A stretch of 64,000 nucleotides of DNA, filler included, from Stramenopiles sp. TOSAG23-6 (lineage: Eukaryota): assembly GCA_900128565.1 (NCBI GenBank). It is 22 parts of 22 records of this genome, joined end to end, with 100 filler letters (N's around TTAATTAATTAA, not from the genome) between each part and the next. Parts side by side here need not be neighbours in the genome. Positions count along the whole stretch, not along the records: positions 52,540 to 55,341 come from LT637817.1; positions 55,442 to 58,240 come from LT637818.1; positions 58,341 to 61,137 come from LT637819.1; positions 61,238 to 64,000 come from LT637832.1; 18 more parts are not named here. One strand, 5' to 3'. The notes under the pieces were generated by a model. It did no database searches and was not told where the DNA came from. It saw only the letters and a list, made by a program, of their open reading frames with translations. Within the stretch, counting starts at the first letter, position 1; every line of letters begins with the position of its first letter. Below, piece after piece: positions 52,540 through 64,000 of the stretch. The position numbers and the translations under genes were made by a program.

Positions 52540-54050
52540 AAAAGTATTTCTTCTGCTACAATTTGTTCCTCTTTTGCATTGGCTAACTCTTTTTGTTTCT
52601 TTTTCTCTATAGTTCTCATTTCATTTTCTACTTTATATTGTTGACTCAATCTTGGAGTCCACATTTGCATACTTTCAGTATCTCTATTATCAAAATTTGG
52701 TGACATATCCTGAACTATAGAATTATTTAATAATATATCTCTAGCGTCATGTTTTTCAATACTTGGGTGCCACGTATTGTGAAAAAATATTTCAAAAAAA
52801 AAAAACTAAAATTTGTTAGGTACGAAATTTCGTATGAAAACCAAAAGAAAAATTAAATTAGAAATTCATATAAAACGTACAAGTATTTTTAAGTTGGATC
52901 TTTCTCTGCCACTACCAAAAGTACGGGTTTTACCAATAAAATGCCATATAATGTGAAAAATCCTTTTTTTTTTTTTAGTAAAATAAATCGTTAGGTATGA
53001 AATTTACCATGAAAAACAATTCGAAATTGATAAAAAAAATTTAAATTTTGAAAACGTACATACATATATTTTGGAAAAATATTTCAAAAAAAAATTCGTT
53101 AGGTACAAAATTTTTATAAAAAAAAAAACTTTGAATTTGAAAAAAAATAAAACATACACAATAAATTAACGATGCAGATGCAAAACCTGAATGACCTGAA
53201 ATGAAAGAGCGACCCATCCATCCATTTTCAAAATAATCACTTTTATAATCATTGCAAAGTTCACTAGAAAAAAAAACTGGACAAATTTCTGAACCATTGT
53301 TGTTATATAGTGTGAAAACATATTTCATTTTTTTTTCAAATTGTTTTGTTAGGTACAAAATTTCGTACAAAAAAAAAAAAAAAAAAAATTAAAGTGGACA
53401 AGATACATTGCACTGCTGTAATAAAGATTTTGCATTTCGCACGCTACATTCTGCAAGCGTATATGGTCGCCACTCTCCGACATATACGGATAATGTATCA
53501 CAAAAAAATATTTCAAAAATTTAATTTTTTTGTTAGGTACAAAATTTTCTATAATTTTTTTAATTACTTTTGAAAACGTACATAATCCTTGGAATATTAG
53601 TTCCAACGACAGCGATAGAAAGTGCCCTAAAGCAGCAATATACCACTCTGAAAGACGTTCTGTCTTTGAAGACTTCGAACTCAGTGCGGGTATTAGTGAA
53701 CAGCAAGCAAGATATATCTGACTCGGCAATACAGCAAACAAAACAATACTAAATGAACTAATTTTTTCCTCTAGCTTGGGATAACTTAACCACGAAGCAT
53801 TCAAGAAGATAGGTACATCAGAATAGTTACGCTGAAATAATGATTGTGCGGGACCTTGAGATAACCCACCAAGTGCGGCAAGGAATAAGACACAAAACCA
53901 GTCTATATACCATTGACTCCGGTGCTTACCGTGTTCGGGGTGATTCATAGCACCCCAAAAAGTATTTTTTGCTGTTATAGCATCCTTTACTTTTACTGTG
54001 TCTTCTACATTTGGTGCAGGAGAAGAGTGTGCTAGTTGGTTTAGACTCAT
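52540..54050 (-). CDS. PAP2-family lipid phosphate phosphatase, multi-exon, including a 4-nt microexon
   Basis: After splicing: VGEWRP and RSFISGHS motifs. The third motif is absent, probably a lost exon. Confidence 0.75.
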
Positions 54051-54380
54051 TCTTTGTATCGCTTAAGTGACCACCTTTTTTTTGCAACCTTTGATTTATC
54101 TACTGGAAAAATAGAATTGTATTTTGTTGTCATATTATAAAGTGCGATTTGGGTAAAAAAATACCTAGCCGCTAGGGTTAGGGCTTTTGAAGTCTGACTC
54201 GTAAGTAATGATTGGCCGCCTTAAGCATTTTATGCCACTCCCATAGCGCTTATTCACAGCTACGAACTCGTGTAATATATAGGAAATTGAATCAATAGAA
54301 TTGTCTTCTTCTCCCAGCCTGCTTTACGCTCGGGAGCTTATTATATCACTGTTTTTCTGATTTTGTTAACATTGCGTTAA

Positions 54381-55265
<885 letters not shown>

Positions 55266-55269
55266 TAAA

Positions 55270-55301
<32 letters not shown>

Positions 55302-55510
55302 NTTCCTTTTTTTTTTTTTTTTTTTCCCCCACTTTTTTTTTNNNNNNNNNNNNNNNNNNNNNNNNNNNNNNNNNNNNNNNNNNNNTTAATTAATTAANNN
55401 NNNNNNNNNNNNNNNNNNNNNNNNNNNNNNNNNNNNNNNNNAACAAAAATTGTTAGGTACAAAATTTCATACCAAAAAAAAAAAATCTAAAATTCATAAT
55501 AAAAACGTAC

Positions 55511-56598
55511 AACATTTTGTGCGAGTTGAAGGCGTTTTGAGAAGTCCAAATCTGTATTTATTTTACCCTTGGAAGATCCCCTGAAAGCGCCAAGGGTACA
55601 TATATTGTGAAAAGTTTAGTATCAAGTAAAAAACATTCTTAGGAACAAAATTTCATAGAAAAACAACGTAAAAAAAAAAAAATTTGAAAACGTGTATGAA
55701 ATAAAAATATCGTTAGGTACGAAATTTCGTATGAAAAAAAGGTTTTTGGAAAAAAATTCAATTTTGTACACGTACACGCACGTAAAACAGTGTTGTAATG
55801 GATAATTGTCGGTTTTTCGCCTGATTTCATAAATCCAGTATGACTTGTATTATCAGTACCATGACGTAATTTTGGGGGTGGTAATTGTGCAGTAAATAAA
55901 AGAATAAATGCCATGTCGGGCAACCCAGCTGAACTTGAAATTGTTAAAATTTTTGTCAATTCATTTGAGTCAAGAGATACAAAAAATCTTGGATATAACA
56001 GGGTTTCTATAGTTTCTCTAATAATGCCAAGATCCATTTCCCTCTTGTATCGAAGTTTACTCAAACGATGAAACATCACCCTTTTTTGTTGTTCCATCGA
56101 CCCTCGTTCAATCTTGTGTATCGCCTTTTCGGAGGGTATTGAAATTTTTTTCGGAGCTGCAAATGTCGAGTTCTCTAGAGCCATAACTGCATTTTTTGCA
56201 TCAGATTCTTTCATGAATCGCAACGATGCCGTCCAATACCCTGTATCATACAAGTCTACTGAATCATAGATCGGTTTAATATCCTTGATCACACCGTATT
56301 TCATAAAAATATAGCGTAGTGAACTTTGTAGAACGTCAGGTGATAAATTGGGAACAATGACTAGTGAACCCTTCGCATAACAGGAAACTTTGATAAGTGG
56401 CGGAGATTCAGATATATCTCGTATTATTTGACTATTTGATGAGGCAATGCTGCTCATTACACGATAATAATAATTATTACTGTGTACTCTCGCATGAATG
56501 CTTTTTGTGGATTGAATACTGCACAGTTTCAGTGACGTAGTACTCAATGGACTCCGTGCAATCCAATCCCGGTAATGTAACCTACACTGCCGTAGCAT
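55511..56598 (-). CDS. Organelle-targeted RRM/PPR-like protein, 3'-partial; intron 55600-55775 (GT...AT)
   Basis: RRM-like LVIVPNLSPDV..FMKYGVI; PPR-like PTIIHYNTVLRAC. Confidence 0.55.
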
Positions 56599-57021
56599 TT
56601 GGTGGGATGTACCAAATGATTTGATACAATGAACTTCGCTTAAAACGACGAACCTTTAAAGAGATCTTATCGCAATTTTACACGAACCATTGCTGCTGCA
56701 TGTCATATTCGTAGAATCAGAGATTTAGAATACCTGTTATACTGTTGCAGCTTTAGTAATAGGACTAATAGAGGTGTCTGTGTTCTGTTGTGATGGTGGT
56801 GGCGTGACACGTGTCCCGAAATTACGTATCGACATTGATTTTTTGATGTCGCATTCTCAATATTTCTCGATCCTATCCTTTTTTTATCGTTGAACTTGAC
56901 CTAATACAGTCTTGGATTTTAGTATCCAAACGAAGTTTTTCCTGACTATAATTGAAAATTTCTCTACAGAGATACATTGTTTTCATTGCTATATTGACTT
57001 TTTGAAAGCAAGTCATTAGAT

Positions 57022-58144
57022 ATGGCAGATCCAGCACTTTTAACGCAGTTGGCAAGGACTAAAGAAAAGTTATTGCAAACTGAAAAAGCACTGATGGCTA
57101 TGGAAAAAGAGAAGATTCGTGTAACCAAGGTAGCGAAAAAATACAAGTCACAGCTGAAAGTTGCACGAGCAGCCGCTGAAGAGAATGAAAAGATGTCATC
57201 AGCAACTGCATCAAATAAATTACTTAGTAGACGAGCCCCCCCTCCACCTCCACCTGAGACACCTGCTGCTACGGCTGAACTCACAAGGAAGATTGCGTCC
57301 CTATCAGAGGCACTCAGTTTCGAAAAGGAATCTCGCGAAGCAGAATCAGCTGCGGCAGGTGAGGCCATTATAAAACTAAGAACCGTTGAAGGAGATTTAC
57401 AAAAAAAAAACAAACGTTTGTATGAATTAGAAAATGTTGTTTCTGATCTAGAACGACAATGCACGGAATATAAAGCAGCTGTAGCAGACGCGTCCGAGAG
57501 TGACAATCAAAATAGTCATGTAGAAATGTTGGAGAATACTCTTTCACAGCTACAGAAAGCTTTAAAAGAAATTCGAGAAAAATATAATAACTTATTACTT
57601 TTACATACAAAAGCTCAAGAACAAATTCAACAAAACGAAAACAAATTGACTAAAAAAGAAGAAGAATCCATAATGGCTAATAAGCAACTTCAATGTTTAC
57701 ACATGGATATGAAAAATTTACAAGAAATTCATGAAAACTTACAAACAGAACACAAAAAAATATCAGCAGAAGAAACTGCATTTTTTACTGAATTACAACA
57801 AAGTGAAAACCAGAATAAGGTACAACTGGAACAAATAGAATCGTATAAATTCATTCAGGAAAAATGTACATTTTTATTATTCATTTTTTTTTTGAAATTT
57901 TTTTTCATAGAAAATTTTGTACCTAACAAATTTTTTTTATTTTCGGTAAAAAAAAAAAATATTTTTAAACTATACATCATCTCTACAGATTTTATCACTT
58001 GATAGTGAACTGACTGATGCTAAAGCAAATTGGCGCCAAATACTTGCAACAAGAGATCAACAAGAAGAGTTACATGAAAATTTAAAAGACGAAAACATGA
58101 GATATAAAACTGAAGTACAAAATTTGGAGGAAAAAAGTTTAGAT
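57022..58144 (+). CDS. Coiled-coil protein, 3'-partial; intron 57866-57977 (GT...AT)
   Basis: Long heptad-rich ORF; frame continues after intron removal. Confidence 0.65.
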
Positions 58145-58389
58145 GTAGGTTTTCATCAGACATTTAAAAAAAATTTCAATTTTTTTTTTTTTTTTTTTTT
58201 ACGAAAAAAAAAAAAATTTATCATAAGAAAAGAAAAAAAANNNNNNNNNNNNNNNNNNNNNNNNNNNNNNNNNNNNNNNNNNNNTTAATTAATTAANNNN
58301 NNNNNNNNNNNNNNNNNNNNNNNNNNNNNNNNNNNNNNNNATTTTGTACCTAACAAATTTTACAAAAAAAAATATTTTTCACAATACAT

Positions 58390-60628
58390 GAATACCCTGA
58401 ACTGAACAATTGTATAGCTGGACGAAAATTCTCCAATTGGAATGAATGTATATTTTCAAAATTAAATTTCGAATTTATTTTTTTACAACGAAAATTTTGT
58501 ATTGAACTCATTCTTTTTACAAAAATAAAATATATATTTTCACAGTAAATGTTACAAAGGTTCAGCTGGTCGATTATGTAGTCAATGTGCAACTGATTAC
58601 GTCAAAGCTTTAGATAGTCCAGGAGTTTGTCAAGATTGCCCAAACGAACCAACGATAAGTGTTCTTATATGTATTGGATTGGTGATTGCTGTAATTGTAG
58701 CATTATTTTTTCTAGTCAGGGCAAATTATAGGGCTAAATACATTACTCCGCGTGCTGTTCTTTTACGTATTTTCATTAATTATGCTCAGTTAAATGCAAC
58801 ACTTGGAATGATGAAAGCATCTGGTCCAAGTACTTTTAGAGAATACTTTGAGGCTCCATTAGTAGTTGGGAATCCTTCTTCTATTGCAAATATCAAGTAC
58901 GTATCGTGTGCAGTTAATTGGACGTATATGAAGCGTTTCTGGTTTTTTGCATTTCTGCCTATAGCAATGGTCATTGTACCGGCATCAGGGCTGACCGTTT
59001 GGTATAATTTGAAGAAAAGAAAAACGTCTTCACAAAAAAGATTGGAGACTTTGTGGGGGGATTTTCAAGCAATGCTCGGTACTTCGCTTGCTCTCTGTTT
59101 ATTTATGATACATGCCAATGTATCCAAAGCGATGCTTTACACATTAAAATATTGTACAGAAATTTCAGGTGCACTGTATATCAGTGACGATCTTGGAGAA
59201 GCATGTGATAATCGTCCTTGGTGGAAAGCTTTGGGATTTAGTATCGCTTGGGTAATTGGCATACCAGGTTTTGCGGGGGTTCTTCTCGTTCGACGAAGAG
59301 ATATGTTAGCAAATTTTCGAGAGAAGCAAATGGCTGCTTTGCACGAGAGAACAGGTGGAAAAGCTGGGCGAAAACCTGAAGCGGAAAAAAAACGTTTAAT
59401 AGATCTTCACGCAGCTCATTTAAATGGTGAAGAAGTCTTCAATGAAGATGGAAGTGCNATAAGTAATGATTTGTCCTCCACGGATTCTGAACCTACATTA
59501 AATCATAAACATAAATTGGATAAACGTAAATCAGCTAAAGTTGTTCCTTATGTACCTGAAGCAGTTTCTGAAATGTCTGATTTTGTTACCGGAAAGGTGC
59601 ATAAATTAGCAGAGCATTATAGAGTGAAAAAAAAATGGAAATCCGCTATTAGAAAAGTTAGAACTATCGTACCTTTGATGCGTTCACCTGCAATTGAACG
59701 CAGAGATTGGCTTAGATTCCTATATGGTGGCTATCAGCTTCCAATGAAAAAAGATTTACAGGACGAGTATATGAAAAAGGCCGAACAAGAATTAGAGGAA
59801 AGATCTGTATCAAATAGTGACCAAAAACATTCAGACCTTGCACATTACGTAAATTATTTCAAAGTGTTTATTATGAATTACAAATATTGTTGGGAGTTGA
59901 CAGTAATTTGTGAGAAAATGGGGGCAATTTTCATTTCAATAATGATCAAAGACCCTTTTAACCAAACTTACGCTGCTCTATTGATGATTTTTGTTTCACT
60001 ACAAATGCATACCTTTGCTGTTCCATTTGATAATTATGATGTTGATTGTCTGAGATTTGCAACTTTATTAGCGACATTTTTTACGCAGGCGTTTTGCTTG
60101 ATGTACTTATCCAATGGCTCATCTTCAGCTGTTGGAATAACCGTTGTTTTATTATTTGTTCATAGTTGTGTAGTTTTAATATTTCTGTACTGTTTTAAGC
60201 ATTACGCAGGAGCAGAATTATCAACAATGCTTTTAGATGAAAAATCCGCTGCTGCGCAAATGTTTAAAGCTGAGCAGTTGGCTATGAAAAATATGGTCCG
60301 AGCTGAGAAGATGATGCAAGTAATGGGAGGTAAAGGCCTTTCGCAGAGTCTTGCAATGGGTATGAAAGGAGGTATGTTAACATTGAGAGCTGGGAAAGAA
60401 AGCGTCCACGGTTTGAACGCTCTAGGAAATATAAGTGCAAAAGCAACATTAATAGCTGGTCATGGAACCTTAGGTGGTGTAAAAAGAATGGCAGCACTTA
60501 GTGCTATGGCAGGTAAAAAGACAAAAGGAGGCTTAAAAAGAATGACATCACTGAGTGCTAAAAAGATGCTTTCGATTAATGAAAAAAAAACAGTAGAAAA
60601 TGACGAAGATGAAATTCATGAAGTATAG
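58390..60628 (+). CDS. Cys-rich ectodomain plus multipass membrane protein, 5'-partial; intron 58448-58550
   Basis: CYKGSAGRLCSQC..CQDCP followed by several hydrophobic segments (FLYGGY..YCWEL). Confidence 0.75.
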
Positions 60629-60761
60629 AAACTTTACATNTCCAAGAAAATTTTAAAAATATAAGAAAATGGTACAATTTTTCATATAATTCTACAGAGT
60701 ATTGAATCTATTTATTTCAAATTATATTCAATGTGTAAATCGTAATCTACCATGACAACAC

Positions 60762-60911
60762 TCACGAAGTGAACTGAGCACGGTGCCTCGCAACTTCATC
60801 ATCACCATCATGTGGGAATGTAAGGACACTTCGAATAGCTTTTCCTTTGTGCATTAAGTGGAACGCTTCATTTGCTTTTTCCATAGGTAAGGTGTACGTC
60901 ACAGATTCATC
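60762..60911 (-). CDS. Class III alcohol dehydrogenase, C-terminus (inverted piece)
   Basis: VTYTLPMEKANEAFHLMHKGKAIRSVL. Confidence 0.75.
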   Translation of the reverse strand, partial: DESVTYTLPMEKANEAFHLMHKGKAIRSVLTFPHDGDDEVARHRAQFTS

Positions 60912-61048
60912 ACTTTATGGGAACGTCTACTTTCTCGGAATACACTGTATGTGCAGCAATATCTCTTGCAAAAGTAAGTAAAAAAAGCAAATCTTGAAAA
61001 AATTTGCTTGCTCGGTTGTGGAATAACAACTGGTTATGGTGCAGTTAT
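60902..61048 (+). CDS. Class III alcohol dehydrogenase, internal segment
   Basis: HFMGTSTFSEYTV..EKICLLGCGITTGYGAV; ends at an intron donor. Confidence 0.88.
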
Positions 61049-61238
61049 GTAGGTTATTTTTATCATGAATTTCAAATTTTTTTTTTTTTTAACCAAAAAA
61101 AAAAAATATTGAATTTTTTTTTTTTTTTTTTTTTTTTNNNNNNNNNNNNNNNNNNNNNNNNNNNNNNNNNNNNNNNNNNNNTTAATTAATTAANNNNNNN
61201 NNNNNNNNNNNNNNNNNNNNNNNNNNNNNNNNNNNNNT

Positions 61239-62042
61239 GGTGATGGTGATGGTGATGCTCCTCCAGCAGTAGAAGAAGAAGAAGAAGAAGAAGATGATGC
61301 TGGTGATGGTGATGCTGGTGATGGTCATGAAGAAGTAGTTAATTTATTACTTGCTGGTGTTGGTGCTATAACTGTTGCTAAGTCTGGTGAAAGTGGACAC
61401 ACACCCCTTACGCATGATAATGATTCCAAAAACAATGCTGGTGCTGGTGCTGATGGTGGTACTACACATGATGGTGGTACTGGTGCTCACGATGATTCCA
61501 GAGAAGAAGAAGAAGCAGCACCTGAACCAGCAGCACCAGACCCAGCACCTGGACCAGCAGACCACCCAGCACCTGGACCAGCAGACCACCCAGCACCTGG
61601 ACCAGCAGACCACCCAATCATGAAAGAAAATGATCATTATGAAATACTCGGCGTTGAACCAACGGCAACTTGATCCGAGATAAGGAAAGCTTGGCGTAAG
61701 TTAATTAAAAAACATCACCCTGATAAAGGTGGAGATAAGGAAATATTCAAAAAGGTTCAAGAAGCTTATGAAGTTCTATGTGACGAAGAAAAAAGAAGCA
61801 AGTATGATGAAAAGAAAAAAGAAAAGGAGGCTTTAATAAAGTTCTTTAATCAAATTCATGGCAGTGAATGGAACGAAAACAATATAGATATTTGTAAATT
61901 GCAAGAAGCCTCCTGTGATTTAAAAGGTCGCGTTATAGTGTTGGAATTGAATGACAACAACCTAACTGGTTCAATTCCAAAAGAAATTCGTCAACTAAAA
62001 CTCAAATATTTTCATTCTTATGGTAACGAAAAATTATCATAA
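61239..62042 (+). pseudogene. Acidic/Pro-rich + DnaJ + LRR-cap/LRR protein with an in-frame TGA at 61671-61673
   Basis: [33 protein letters not shown]..; [20 protein letters not shown]. Confidence 0.6.
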
Positions 62043-62371
62043 ATGTCCGCAGGGACACTTGAAGACGACAACGTGCGATGGAATAACAAACTGCCAAAAT
62101 GCAAAAGTAGAAAATTGTAGTATACTTTTTACTTGTCCGGTTGTCCAAAAAAAAAAAAATTATAAAATGATTCAATTTCGATTTATTATTATTATTTTTC
62201 GAGATTTTGATTTTGATTTTTGATTTGATTGATATTTCGTGTGCCAGTGCCAAAAAAAATCGTATCTTGTTTTCATTCACATTCATTATTCATTCAAGAT
62301 TCAATTCAAAAAGAAGAGAGCCTGTAAAAAAATAGCTAAAAAGTAAAACGTCTTTACAACATAATTCTATA

Positions 62372-63734
62372 ATGAGTCATGTTACAACCAATAGTACCCA
62401 CTCAATGGGACCATATACACTCTATTCTGTATCACCATGTCCTTCATTAGGTGATTATTGGCTTTTAGATGCAGTACGAGGCGAAGTACGTAGAAATTTT
62501 CGTAATTTACGTGAGGCGTTTCTTTCAATAGGTTGTAATAATCGTCGTGGTTTTATAACAAAAGAAGACTTACATCCACAACTTTTACGATGGAATTTAC
62601 CATCCATAAATGATGATAAAGTACATACCAATAAACGTGCAATTGATGTCTTTCTATCAGCTTTGGATGTTCGTCAAGATAATCAAATAAGTTTTAACGA
62701 TTTTACGCGAGCCATGAGACTTCCAGGCTCAGGTACAGTGCATACTCTATCAAATGACGAATATATTACAAGTAATGCTCTTATGAATGCAAATGCAGGT
62801 GCATTACTTGATAAAAGTCGTGAAGAAGACAAAAAAAAACTAAATGCTATTGAAAAAGTAGAAAAAAAATGGCATGAAATATGGCGTTCGCAATGGCGTG
62901 AAAAAATCCATGAGCAAAAAAAATCTCTTCAAAAAAATAATAAACATACTAAACATACTAAAAAAAATACTAAAAAAAATACTAAACATACTAAACATAC
63001 AAGAAACAATACTACATGTCCAACATATAATCAATATGAAATATCTGATGATTATATAGACAATGAAGAATTGTTTCTGAATGCTGTTGAGAATGATTTG
63101 AAAATATCCAAAAGTTTTGATAAAACACGAAATATTCATAGTTTTGATAAAACACGAAATATTCATAGTTCTATGATTGAAACATCTCCAAATTTGTCAT
63201 TAGACAATTTATCTACAGTTTCATTTGTATCAAGTAATGAGTCTTTATCAACATCATCATTTGATTCCTCTTTGGTGACGTCATCATCTACATCATCAGA
63301 ATCAGATTTGTTATCGGATTCGTTAAGTACAAAATTTGGTACGAATTCTTTAAAAAAAGTAAAAAAATCAAAAAAAGTAAAAAAATCAAAAAAATCTAAA
63401 AAATCTAAAAAAAANTCAAAAAAATCAAAAAAGAAAATCATATCTAAACACCACAACAACACAATGTGCAGAATCATATCGCAATTTGATCCATGCGATT
63501 TCAAGAAAACGTGAAAAGTTGTACGTAAACGAAATAATTTTTTTTTTTTTTTTTTTACGAAATTTTTTACCTAACGATTTTTTTTACTAAAAACAAAATA
63601 TATATGTTTCACAATACATAAAACTCAAAAAAGAAATTGAGGAAAAAAAGTTAGATGAAGCAAGTAAAAATTTAGCTATTTTTATGGATGGATTTAAAAA
63701 AGGTGAAGAAAGTTTGTACGTTTTGAATATTTCC

Positions 63735-63768
<34 letters not shown>

Positions 63769-63785
63769 AAAAAAAAATTTTTTCC

Positions 63786-63820
<35 letters not shown>

Positions 63821-63948
63821 AAAAATATGTTTTCACAATATTGGATCCATCAATAGAAAATATTGATCATAACTTATCAACCATAATTCGACCCATTGCA
63901 GATTTTGCCATGGACTCGGGTGTTACCGATGTTAAATCAAAGGGACAT
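62372..63948 (+). CDS. EF-hand-like protein, multi-exon, 3'-partial; apparent frameshift at n 63415
   Basis: LREAFLSI..GFITKEDL, LDVRQDNQISFNDF; downstream exons between family introns. Confidence 0.6.
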
Positions 63949-64000
63949 GTATGTTTTATTTTTTTTCAAATTCGATTTTTTTTTCGTACGAAATTTTGTA

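Overview
AT-rich eukaryotic (protist) genomic DNA. It consists of about 20 short contigs joined by artificial N..TTAATTAATTAA..N linkers, and one contig is present twice (23438-26260 = 26361-29183). DNAAF5 implies motile flagella; a stramenopile-like flagellate from an amplified or metagenomic assembly is my guess, not established. Recognisable genes include ASCC3/SLH1 helicase, ARPC4, SRP54, eIF4G, ASD, ADH3, U6 snRNA, BolA, a Trm112/PREY protein, EIPR1, DNAAF5, Timeless, a voltage-gated cation channel and PAP2. Main discovery: most intron-bearing genes are interrupted by one repetitive ~90-110 nt intron family (about 70 core copies by manual count), sense-oriented wherever the host gene can be read. 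Consensus: exon..T|RTAYGTTTT..(T)n..TTCGTACGAAATTTYGTACCTAAC..(T)n..GAAATATTTTTCCAAAATAC-NN|exon. Rebuilding conserved proteins (ASCC3, ASD, eIF4G, SPRY, channel, phosphatase) places the 3' splice site 2 nt after the AAAATAC-like end. That dinucleotide is usually AT, sometimes AC/TT/GT/CT/AA, and only sometimes AG. It often duplicates the last 2 nt of the upstream exon, and the ends form short inverted repeats, which points to a transposon-derived (introner) family of non-AG introns. These coexist with a canonical GTAAGT..AG intron and a conventional U6 snRNA. Splicing is inferred from DNA only and needs RNA confirmation.
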